From Antedon mediterranea (taxonomy: Eukaryota; Animalia; Echinodermata), in the NCBI RefSeq assembly GCF_964355755.1, contig NC_092672.1, forward strand, positions 7,812,001 through 7,876,000: a stretch of 64,000 nt of DNA, written 5' to 3'. Numbering within the stretch: the first letter of the stretch is position 1; each line of letters starts with the position of its first letter. This document shows, piece by piece, positions 52,791 through 64,000 of the stretch. Made by a program: the position numbers and the translations under genes. Below the pieces are notes generated by a model. That model made no database searches. It saw only the letters and a list, made by a program, of their open reading frames with translations, and was not told where the DNA came from.

Positions 52791-55167
52791 AAACACAAAT
52801 TGGGTTTCTCTAAATGAGTCCAAATCAAAAATTTAAAAATAAGTTATAAGTGAGTTTGTCTACCAATGTGGCTACTTTTTCTAGTGATGTTTGAACATTT
52901 AAGGTTAATGTAGGCCTACATTAATATTATATATTTTACAATTAATTTCAGTAAACTGCATGTATTAAACGACAGTCAACAATTTCAACAACATGAATGG
53001 TAACTATTTTTTTTTAAACATAATATCGGTTCCTTCATCTTCAATATTCAATCTATGTAATTCTACCAATAACTAATAAATATTAATAAATAAAGAGGCT
53101 GGTTGAGGCTCAATCAAAATGAAAGACCACTAGGAGCAGAGATGTGGTGGTGCTTTTAGGAATGGTCGCTTCCCTAAGCTTTGGTCTCAGTTACCTTCCT
53201 CATTACGCCAATTAGCTGTTACTGAATCTTTTCCTTATGTTTTATCATCTATTGACTCTTTCCTTCATGATAATTATCTTTAATTCTTTTTTCTTTTTTT
53301 TTTCATTTATTTTTTTTTTATTTATTTATTTTTTTTTATTTTTAATTAAATTTTTTTGAATCATGTTTGTTCTTTTTTTTTCCTGTATACTCTCAGCTTT
53401 ATACTTTATTTGTTTATAAAAACATATATTTATTTTAGTTAAGATCATGGGACTGCTGACTCTTGTAGTTACAGTAATCATATTACTTTAGCAGTCTCTC
53501 ACCAATTTCATCTTTGTACATTGTATATATGTTTTGTTGGTCGAATAAATAAATGAAATGAAATTAAATGAGACGATTCGGCCCGGGATCATTCGGCCCT
53601 GGTAGACGATTCAGCACACTTAAATTTATCGGCTTTTATATGCATTTTATAAGCCTAAAATAAGCTTTTTTCCCCAAATTTTATTTTCAGAGAGACTATG
53701 GGATAGTACTACTAATAGATGAAGATGCAATAAAGCAAACATTTTGAAAACATTGTCAAAAATGATAATTTTTTAGTCACCGATGCCGCGCTCTCCGTGG
53801 AGTTATTTCACCGCGCTGGGCCGGTAGAAGTACACGTCCAGCTTAGGCCCGGTGTAAGATAAGTATCCGGCATTCAAAAGTGTCAGAGCGGACACTTTTC
53901 AGCATTGAATAGTGTCCAGTTGCATTTTTCAACAAGTTCGCGGACGCGGCTTTAATGCTGTCCGGTCCGTCAATAGCCAGGCAACCGTTGTATGTGGTTA
54001 GGATTTGAGATTCACAATAATTAAGACTATATTTTCTGTGCGGCCTGTGCATGCAATATAAAGACAAAGTAGACTCAAAGCTTTAAATTATAGTTGGCAC
54101 AAAACAAGTTAATCATACCCAACTAGTTTTCTTCCAAGTAATGTCCACTTTTAATTAAAGATACTTCCAATAATGTTTATAAACGTCCACTGATAAGCCT
54201 ATTCATGTCAGGGAGCGAACGTCAAAATGCCACTTAACATGTGCCCAAATTTGCCGTACCAGTCGCGTCGCGCATATCATAATATATGACGTATAAAATA
54301 GGTTAGCAGTTAGTCGACGTGAAAATCTAAATATCAGACAAAACATGAACTTTATAATAGAAGTAGCTTGATCAATGAATTTACGAGTACGGGGGAGAAC
54401 AAAAATATAAGAACTTATAATTTGTTACATAATTATTTATCAACTAGAAGAATGAAAGTAAGATGATGGTCGAGAATAACACCTAAGTGATTGTGCCGGG
54501 TAACCTGTTTGATAGGAGAGTAGCTAATAGAGACATTGATTGGTCGAAGTGAAGAAAGTCTTTGAGGCGTTCCAATAACCATAACAGTTTTTTAGTCACG
54601 TGCAACGCTACTCTAGAGCTCACTATGTCGGTCGGTTGGTTGGTCGGTCGGTTTGGTCGGTAAACACTAACTTGAGCACACGACTGCTGCAGCCATGTAT
54701 ATGGCCTTGTTTAGTGTTAAGAGCCAATTTATTTGCAAGCAGCCAAGTGGACATTTTATTAAAGTCAAAATCAAGATATGTGGTTTGTACAAATAGGATT
54801 AAGCAGGGGAATGATGATTGATAACAAATAAGCCTAATTATGTATCAACCGAATAGAGCAAAATTGTGTTTAAATACAATTACATGCAAGATATCTTAGT
54901 AGGTTACTGTAGATATCTTTTACGAAAAAAACTAAAATAACACAAACTAAAGATGCAACATGGCGCAAACGGAATATAACCATTACTTAGGCCACATGTA
55001 TTAAAATATGCTGTAACCGATTCCTGATAATTTGATATAAATAAAGATAAATCAATCGATAGAATAACATATATATTATAGCAAGAGGCTATCTATAATC
55101 CTCCTTGGCTGGGGTAAAACATATAAACACGCGGTAATTAACTATTGTAATTTTTTTTAAATATTAA

Positions 55168-55491
55168 AGATGCATTGTCCCCCAAAAACATGAAAAATGA
55201 AGGACTTTGAATAGGCTATTTTGTAGTTTTAGCCAAGTTAATACTTCCGTAAAAAAAAACCTCGAAGCAATAATGTTTTCACTTATAAAATGACAAAATA
55301 AATTCAACCAAAAACCCGTTGGCTGGCAGTCAATTTGACAATTTTTTTGCTTTAAATTACAGTCTTTTCAGGTAAATAATTTTTTTTAATTAAATTTTTG
55401 GTCAAAGTGAATAACTATTATGTGAAAACAAAATGGCATATTCAACAAAAAAATTTATACAAAATTATTTTTTCAGGGGTACAATACATCT
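55168..55491. mobile_element. Kolobok-like MITE
   Basis: TTAA|AGATGCATTGTCCCC … GGGGTACAATACATCT|TTAA. Related 3' halves occur at ~28130-28300 and ~30140-30300. Confidence 0.65.
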
Positions 55492-55523
55492 TTAAGTATA
55501 TCAATATATTTATTTTGTTGTAG

Positions 55524-57562
55524 AATTGGACTTCCAAACATTTTTGATGACGGTATCTCTATGGTGTGACAAACATGGGAATTTAAACAAGATGAAATTG
55601 GCGTTTCGTGAGTTTAATACAATCTTTAGAAGAAGCATAACACTTAGAGCTATTCAGAATGCGAAAAAATGCGTTTGATCTGATTAGAATGCTTATCGCT
55701 AATGGAATGATCCATCGAACAAATATACGTATACTTATTGAAGTTTTTAAAGTATGTGGAAGGGGTGGTGTTGAAAGCGTGATTAAGCCAGAATGGAATT
55801 TACCCAAATTCGAAGATGTTCCAATCACAAACATTTCGGATCACCGAAGAAAACTGATACAATTCGGTAACACAGTCACCAATGAAAACATGAGAGTACT
55901 TGGACAATTGTACAACATTAGAGAAAGAGATCCGTATTCTTTAACTCTACAATTAGATATAATGGGATATCTTACAGGAGACAAGATGAATGAATTCATT
56001 GAGAAACTTAAAGATTTGAAGATGTTTAATGAAGTTGATGCATTGAGTAAATATTTGACATATTTGACATTTCTATTCTATATCAAGAGCTTATCAACTT
56101 TTTTTTAAATTAATTTAAGCAGAAAGTGTGTGCCCTTTTGTAATGATTATTGCAGTATCAAGCCTATTTAGTTACTTTAAATACGTGTCTAATATTAATT
56201 AAATAATATTATAAAGTTATGAATTAATTAAATATTAGTACATGCCATTATTCACAAAATTTCACTAGATACCTAGTACTAGTCTACTTTAGTAGTAGGC
56301 CTATTAGGATTTTACTCTACTAGAATACGTGTTTGTGCATGTTGTATTATTAAACATGCACGTCGTTCGCAAGTTTGACAAAGATAAGTTGCCTTGTGGA
56401 AGCAATGCAATGGATGTTACACGTTACCGTAAACTGTTTGAAGAAACAGGTATTCATTTCATTGTCTGGATCTGTAGCACCAATTAGTTATAGACATGGG
56501 TTTAACACTGAAAGGTTAAAATTAAAATTCTTCTGAATTTAAAACTCATATCAAATAAAATACAATTTTTAAGAAAATATGAACATTTTTTTCGAAGACA
56601 TTTGATTTACCGTATAATTGACTTTTGATATGGAAATTTGAATCAGCGTTACTAAAGTATTATTTTGTTCATACTTCATACAAATCTTAAGATAACATTA
56701 TCATTATTACTTCTATGACAGAAGGCCACGGCGCTACTGGTGTGGCACATGGTGAGGCTACAGGTACACCAAACGAACCAACATCAATGACAGGTTAGGA
56801 GATTGTATGTTTGTGTTTTTTTGTGTGTTAAACTTAAATGTTTGATGATATAAAACACATTAATCTATAAGATTATGAAAGTTTCGTAATACAGTACAAA
56901 TTTCCAAATGAAAATTGTACTAGGAAGGTGTTTAAACATGATTAAGCACGTTACAGAAACATAATGTATACATACTGTATCATAGGCAGATAACACTGGT
57001 AAATCGTCTTATTATATTATTAGAATTAACAGAGGACGAATTCAATGAACTGTTAACGGATGTATCTCTTTGGTGGAAGAAACATGGAAACATTAACATG
57101 CTGAGAGTGTTGCTTAGCGAGTTTACACGTCATCATAACAGCATCGCTCTACACACATTAGAGGAAGCAAAGACACCTTATGATCTGATTCGTTTACTTA
57201 ATGCTTCAGGACTTCTCAAACCGACAGACATAGATATCCTCGTTGAAGCCACTAACTTATGCGGACTTCAGGGAGTTCGGGAAGCGATTGTGAAATCACC
57301 AAACTTCGACGTTCCATACAAAAACTTCTCAGACCATCGAAGAAAGTTAATAGCGTTGGGTCAACAAATGAATACAGACAACAAGCTAATTATAGGCCAA
57401 CTTAAGGACATTAGTGTCAACGATGACACAGATCCGTTTTGGTTAATCTTAAAATTGGAAATGAAAGGCACACTTGCAGAGGGAGAGAAGATTGAAAAAT
57501 TCATTGAACAAATGACACGTTATGGTATGACTAAAGAAGTGGAGGCATTGACAAAACTTTGA
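55524..57562 (+). CDS. Gene D: two tandem-DED-like exons (four DEDs) joined by a linker exon; +1 frameshift in the first; 5' exon not identified
   Basis: Exon 55524-56046 (LDFQTFLMTVSLWCDKHGNLNKMK…NAFDLIRMLIANGMI…SDHRRKLIQFG…NEVDAL, 523 nt, with an extra A in the A6 run at 55664-55669), linker 56722-56793, and terminal exon 57024-57562 (LTEDEFNELLTDVSLWWKKHGNINMLRV…SDHRRKLIALG…KEVEAL). All junctions are phase 1. Confidence 0.72.
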
Positions 57563-58877
57563 TAAATCAACCAGTATAAGGAAAACAACATTTGAATGAG
57601 TGCATGAATGAGACACTAGAATGCTATGGGAAAAGTTTGTTCTGCACAGAAATAACTTTTATTCTGTTTGACGTTGACGTTTGTATTGTTCTGGTATCAT
57701 TGGACAAGTTGGCCTTGATTACATATTGGACGTATAATAGTGTTGTTATAAATACAAATGATGATACATAGAAACTACTGTAGTATTAAAACAAAAGTAC
57801 TGTATGAATACACCATCAATACATGCATTTGTATAGTTAAATATTAAAAGTTGTGTCATAACAGTATTAACCAGATATTCTATAAGAATATTTAAGTTTA
57901 AAAGAGTGTACGTCCATTGTCCATTTGGAGCCAATAACAGCATTAAAAAGAACACAACTAAAGTACACAACATAATAGTTTACAACTTATGCCTCAACAT
58001 CGTCATAGAGTTGAATAATAAAGTGAATAAACAAATAATTGAATGTAATGGCCACTGTATCTGATATCGTAAAAACTAGAATCAAAAGGAACCCTTTATT
58101 ATAATAACGAACTCTTTGATTATTTCAAAGTTTAATCAGGACATTCTAAAATGTATTTGTCATTGTATATATTGTATATTATATTGTTTATACAATTTTT
58201 TCCTCTCTATTTTTTTTTTTAAGGATTTTGAAATAAATTGAATTAAATAAATTGATTTATGATTTTATTGTTTTTCTCCCCCATTAGGATAACTGGATCT
58301 TCAATTTTGCCACCAGCTTCATCATAAAAAAAATCCCCAACAATCATGCGAGTGTGATTATAATGCATTCGGCAATACAAACTAGATTACTAGAATACAA
58401 AATGTAGTACAAATACAACAATTGTGAAGAATACAAATTGATGTTCTTAATGTAATAATAATAACAATAATATGTAGATATTTATAACTCACTATAATAC
58501 AAACATAATCAAAGGCGCAGTGAATAAAAGTAACCAACAATTTTTTTTTAACAAGGAGGATTTCAGCATAGTTTTGAATAATAAGTTTAAATTTGAACAT
58601 AAAGAGGTAAGGTGCCTGAACCGGAAAAGACCGTCTTGAAGAAATGCATTAGAAGAATAAAGAGAACGGGTTAAAGAATAAGGTGAAAGAGAAACAGATT
58701 TGATGGTTGTTTGAAAACTATTGATTTGGAAAAAAGAAGGAGAATTTTAAATAGTATCCGTTATTTCATAGAAAGTCAATGAAGGTCTGTAACAATGTGT
58801 TGTTTACACCAGGGAAGAGCGACTCTCCCTCCCACTTGAGGAGTACTGAATGCAGTACTATTATTTGTATAGGCTAA

Positions 58878-61155
58878 ATAGGATAAGTAGGAGTAAGTAG
58901 GATAAGTAGGAGTAAGTAGAAGTAAGTAGGAGTAAGTAGGATAAGTAGGAGTAAGTAGAAGTAAGTAGGAGTAAGTAGGATAAGTAGGAGTAAGTAGGAG
59001 TAAGTAGGATAAGTAGGAGTAAGTAGAAGTAAGTAGGAGTAAGTAGGAGTAAGTAGAAGTAAGTAGGAGTAAGTAGGATAAGTAGGAGTAAGTAGGAGTA
59101 AGTAGGAGTAAGTAGGAGTAAGTAGGAGTAAGTAGGAGTAAGTAGGAGTAAGTAGGAGTAAGTAGAAGTAAGTAGAAGTAAGTAGGAGTAAGTAGGATAA
59201 GTAGGAGTAAGTAGGAGTAAGTAGGAGTAAGTAGGAGTAAGTAGGATAAGTAGGAGTAAGTAGGAGTAAGTAGGAGTAAGTAGAAGTAAGTAGGATAAGT
59301 AGGAGTAAGTAGGAGTAAGTAGGAGTAAGTAGAAGTAAGTAGAAGTAAGTAGGAGTAAGTAGAAGTAAGTAGAAGTAAGTAGGAGTAAGTAGGAGTAAGT
59401 AGGAGTAAGTAGGAGTAAGTAGGAGTAAGTAGGAGTAAGTAGGAGTAAGTAGGAGTAAGTAGGAGTAAGTAGGAGTAAGTAGGAGTAAGTAGGAGTAAGT
59501 AGGAGTAAGTAGGAGTAAGTAGAAGTAAGTAGGAGTAAGTAGAAGTAAGTAGGAGTAAGTAGGAGTAAGTAGGAGTAAGTAGGAGTAAGTAGGAGTAAGT
59601 AGGAGTAAGTAGGAGTAAGTAGAAGTAAGTAGGAGTAAGTAGAAGTAAGTAGGAGTAAGTAGGAGTAAGTAGGAGTAAGTAGGAGTAAGTAGGAGTAAGT
59701 AGGAGTAAGTAGGAGTAAGTAGGAGTAAGTAGGAGTAAGTAGGAGTAAGTAGGAGTAAGTAGGAGTAAGTAGGAGTAAGTAGGAGTAAGTAGGAGTAAGT
59801 AGGAGTAAGTAGGAGTAAGTAGGAGTAAGTAGGAGTAAGTAGAAGTAAGTAGGAGTAAGTAGAAGTAAGTAGGAGTAAGTAGGAGTAAGTAGGAGTAAGT
59901 AGGAGTAAGTAGGAGTAAGTAGGAGTAAGTAGGAGTAAGTAGGAGTAAGTAGGAGTAAGTAGGAGTAAGTAGGAGTAAGTAGGAGTAAGTAGGAGTAAGT
60001 ACGAGTAAGTAGGAGTAAGTAGGAGTAAGTAGGAGTAAGTAGGAGTAAGTAGGAGTAAGTAGGAGTAAGTAGGAGTAAGTAGAAGTAAGTAGGAGTAAGT
60101 AGGAGTAAGTAGGAGTAAGTAGGAGTAAGTAGGAGTAAGTAGGATAAGTAGGAGTAAGTAGAAGTAAGTAGGAGTAAGTAGGAGTAAGTAGGAGTAAGTA
60201 GGAGTAAGTAGGAGTAAGTAGGATAAGTAGGAGTAAGTAGAAGTAGGAGTAAGTAGGAGTAAGTAGGAGTAAGTAGGAGTAAGTAGGAGTAAGTAGGAGT
60301 AAGTAGGAGTAAGTAGAAGTAAGTAGGAGTAAGTAGGATAAGTAGGAGTAAGTAGGAGTAAGTAGGAGTAAGTAGGAGTAAGTAGGAGTAAGTAGGAGTA
60401 AGTAGGAGTAAGTAGGAGTAAGTAGGAGTAAGTAGGAGTAAGTAGGAGTAAGTAGGATAAGTAGGAGTAAGTAGGAGTAAGTAGAAGTAAGTAGGAGTAA
60501 GTAGGAGTAAGTAGGAGTAAGTAGGAGTAAGTAGGAGTAAGTAGGATTAAGTAGGAGTAAGTAGAAGTAAGTAGGAGTAAGTAGGAGTAAGTAGAAGTAA
60601 GTAGGAGTAAGTAGGAGTAAGTAGGAGTAAGTAGGAGTAAGTAGGAGTAAGTAGGAGTAAGTAGGAGTAAGTAGGAGTAAGTAGGAGTAAGTAGGAGTAA
60701 GTAGGAGTAAGTAGGAGTAAGTAGGAGTAAGTAGGAGTAAGTAGGATAAGTAGGAGTAAGTAGGAGTAAGTAGGAGTAAGTAGGAGTAAGTAGGAGTAAG
60801 TAGGAGTAAGTAGGAGTAAGTAGGAGTAAGTAGGAGTAAGTAGGAGTAAGTAGGATAAGTAGGAGTAAGTAGGAGTAAGTAGGAGTAAGTAGGAGTAAGT
60901 AGGAGTAAGTAGGAGTAAGTAGGATAAGTAGGAGTAAGTAGGAGTAAGTAGGAGTAAGTAGGAGTAAGTAGGAGTAAGTAGGAGTAAGTAGGAGTAAGTA
61001 GGAGTAAGTAGGAGTAAGTAGGAGTAAGTAGGAGTAAGTAGGAGTAAGTAGGAGTAAGTAGGAGTAAGTAGGAGTAAGTAGGAGTAAGTAGAAGTAAGTA
61101 GGAGTAAGTAGGAGTAAGTAGGAGTAAGTAGGAGTAAGTAGGAGTAAGTAGGATA
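58878..61155. repeat. ~2.3-kb satellite of the 10-bp unit GTAAGTAGGA (variants GTAAGTAGAA and 9-bp TAAGTAGGA)
   Basis: Directly visible, highly homogeneous tandem array of over 200 units. Confidence 0.97.
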
Positions 61156-64000
61156 AATATCACCGTACGATTGACGTAATATGTTGGTTTACTATACTAT
61201 GGCCAGATTATATCATTTCATGTAATACTTTGCTATGCTAGTGTTACAGCAGTTCACTGTGCTAACCACCGTCCCTATACATTTCTCTTCTGGTAAAAAT
61301 ACCAATAAACAAACACCCAGCCGTTCTTACAATCACAATACAATAACCTTAGACATCCTAATAAATATACCACTAAAAATAATTAACTTTAGTACATTAT
61401 AAATTTCACTATGGTATGCATGTTAAACAACCACCGTATTTATTTTTTTATAAATACCAATAGCAAGATAGTTGGAAAGTAAATACAAATTTACTTTATG
61501 CCTACAAAGTTATGGACACGACATCACATTTGTGTACGCTAGTCCTCCCGACATTGCTAATTTAGCTATAGGATTGGCGGTACGTTAAGTAAAGCTTAAA
61601 GCACATAAACCATAAACAATAATCATGGCACCAAGTATTGAATTAAAAGATAGGCTTACCCATGCATATTGGTCATGGTCCATAAATGGATAAATTCCTT
61701 CACTCAATCAGTCTTCTAGGGTATACATCATTTAATTACAATCCAATCAACTCAAATTTTAACATAAAACACTCCATTAGTTATTTCCCCTCCTGCATTA
61801 TACGCCTATCTTTACCATTTGACCATTGGTCTTGCAGCATAGTGTGCTAAAATCCGACATAGAAATTCCTTTCTCGATGTGGCATGATGGGACAGCACAC
61901 TCAATTGTACGCGGCGCAACCAAGACATCAAATAATTGGTATACGCCCTCATCTTAACAAGAATCTATATAGATCTAACACCGTATTTAGCGAAACTGAA
62001 AATCAGTCAATCATTAATAAAAACTTTTGCCTTAGGATTAGCTCATTTTTTAGAAGTTTCTTTTTTAACAGTTTGACGTACGGTACCTCGGAAAACACAT
62101 CTATACTGTTTTTCCAGGGGAGGGGGAGGGAGGGAGGGGGAGCAAGTTTTTGAATGCGAATGAAAACGACTAGGCCCTAATAAGATTAAATTACAATACA
62201 GTACAATATTATTTCTAGTGTAAAAGATTGAATACTGTATGTTCGGGGGAAATATTAGTCAGGTAACCGTTTTATGATAGGTGGTTTGGATTTGAGATTC
62301 AGGTTTTGATCGCGCATGTAGCCTACTTGTCTTCTTTTTAACGACCTTCGTTAAAGACCACTATAATTAAGACTATTTTCTGTGCAGCCTGTGCATGCCA
62401 TAACAAGGCAAAGTAGGCACAAAGCCTTAAATTATAGTTGGCACAAAACAAGTTGATGATGCCCCACTAGTTTTCTTCCAATTAAAGTCCACTTTAGTTA
62501 AAGACACCTCCAATTAGCGACCATTATATTATTTGAGTAAAGACAAGAATAATAAATATTTTTAATTATGTGACAAAAACACGTAACTGTACTGGTACTC
62601 TTCCAATAAAAGATCACTTTACTTAAAGACAGCTTCAATTAGCGACCATTATATTATTTGGTATGAGTAAGTTTTTAATTATGTGACAAAAACACGTTGT
62701 GTACTGGTTCTTATATCAAAAACACAATGAATGGCTAGATAATAAAATTCATTCTCAATGAAACAGCAGTTAAAATAAATTCATTCAGCAATCGAAATAT
62801 CGCAGAATCACATTGCAACGTATGTACCCTATACTGTACACCTCAGATATATTCATGGACAAGTACGTACCGAGGGACTTATATTCTAATGTCGATTCCA
62901 GTCTCTACCCCGAAGTAAACCAAAGTAAAGATAATCATTCATCTATTGTAAACATGATTAAATCAGCTTATCATAATTTTGAGTTCTGGTAATTAAATAA
63001 ATAATATGGTAAGAATAGGCTATGATTATCTTTCTGGAAATTGATAACTGCACTATTTACCAAACAATAGGAGATTCGTTCGTTCCAGCGATTAATTTAG
63101 AATAGTGGGAAATATCTTATTCTATAAATAGGCCTATAAAGGGGAAACAGTGTTTATAATAACCTACATGACGCGAACTTCTATTGTTAGCGTTTACCTT
63201 CCTGTAAATTGATCTATCGCCATTTTGGCTTAATACACGGTAAGTATACTATTTCGATTTTTTTATTTCTGTTTAAGCATTTCTACCAAACAAAAACCGT
63301 TTGTGTGTGAATATTGTTAGTATGGTCTATAAAGGAGTACAGTCTAAGACTCGAACACACAAAATAAAGTAGCCACAGGATGTGTACTTACAATAGATTA
63401 AATTATTAATATTGAGGTGTGGGAGTGTCATGAATACGGTAAGCCTATTCTTAATTCTTAATTAGTGGTGTTATAAAGTAATGCTACTTACTATTTATAT
63501 GTTTTACAATTAATTTCAGTAAACTGCATACCTATTATTAAACGATAGTCAAGAATTTCAACAATATGGATGGTAAATATATCCTTTTTTATGTTTCCTT
63601 CTAATCTATAAACTAATAGTTCAACCAATAAATAAAAAGCCAGCTTTGGTTGGCCTTAGTATGTAATAGGCTGATCAGTCTACAAATAAACAAATAGGCC
63701 TACATGTCTTCTTCGAAGAAAAAACACTTTTGGGACCAGGTTTCTGGTGGTTCCTTCTGTTTTTTGGTATCGACTGTTCAGCTTGTGTATTATTATTAAT
63801 ATTATTATCAATACAATGACATGGTGAACATAAGAGAAAAAAGATCTGGACAATTGAAGACGTGAGCACTATTACCACGGGTCAGCAAGCATGTTCACAA
63901 GTCAGATAAAATTAACCATGACTCTCTGGCATGGAAACAGATAAAGTTCTATAGGATACATTAAAAAACAAACTGCAAATGTCAAACAATACTGAAACGA

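Noticed and set aside
54452-54463. ATGAAA|GTAAGA as the first coding exon of gene D
   Set aside because: A phase-0 donor is incompatible with the phase-1 acceptor at 55524 unless an unseen exon intervenes.
58776-61163. 795-aa minus-strand ORF (LLLLTPTYSY)n
   Set aside because: Translation of a 10-bp satellite that lacks stops on that strand; no unique coding sequence or splice context.

Overview
AT-rich, intron-containing animal genomic DNA; the repeat families suggest a marine invertebrate, possibly an echinoderm, but this cannot be proven from the window. It holds a + strand tandem cluster of five innate-immunity/cell-death gene models that the ORF track shows only as fragments. I assembled them by hand from GT-AG exons with consistent phases. 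(A) The 3' part of a gene with micro-exon linkers ending in a tandem death-effector-domain (tDED)-like exon (358-4419). (B1, B2) Two near-identical TIR-linker-coiled-coil-Death-domain genes (8552-23505 and 35840-39319), with the domain order reversed relative to MyD88. (C) A TIR-linker-tDED gene (46039-49666). (D) A tDED-linker-tDED (four-DED) gene with a +1 homopolymer frameshift (55524-57562). All three TIRs are of the short TIR_2-like type and keep the S-x-N-C-x-x-E glutamate, which is split across an intron. The death-fold modules are all entered in phase 1, suggesting exon shuffling. The introns and spacers are full of mobile DNA: a 4-kb foldback Academ-like (XPG + Cys-rich) transposon inside a 60-bp satellite inside a TIR element, Helitrons, two MULE-like elements sharing one target site, hAT and Kolobok MITEs, Rex1 and L1/Tx1 LINE fragments, SINEs, tiny CA..TG hairpin insertions and a 2.3-kb (GTAAGTAGGA)n satellite. 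All domain calls come from visual motif recognition, not database searches.
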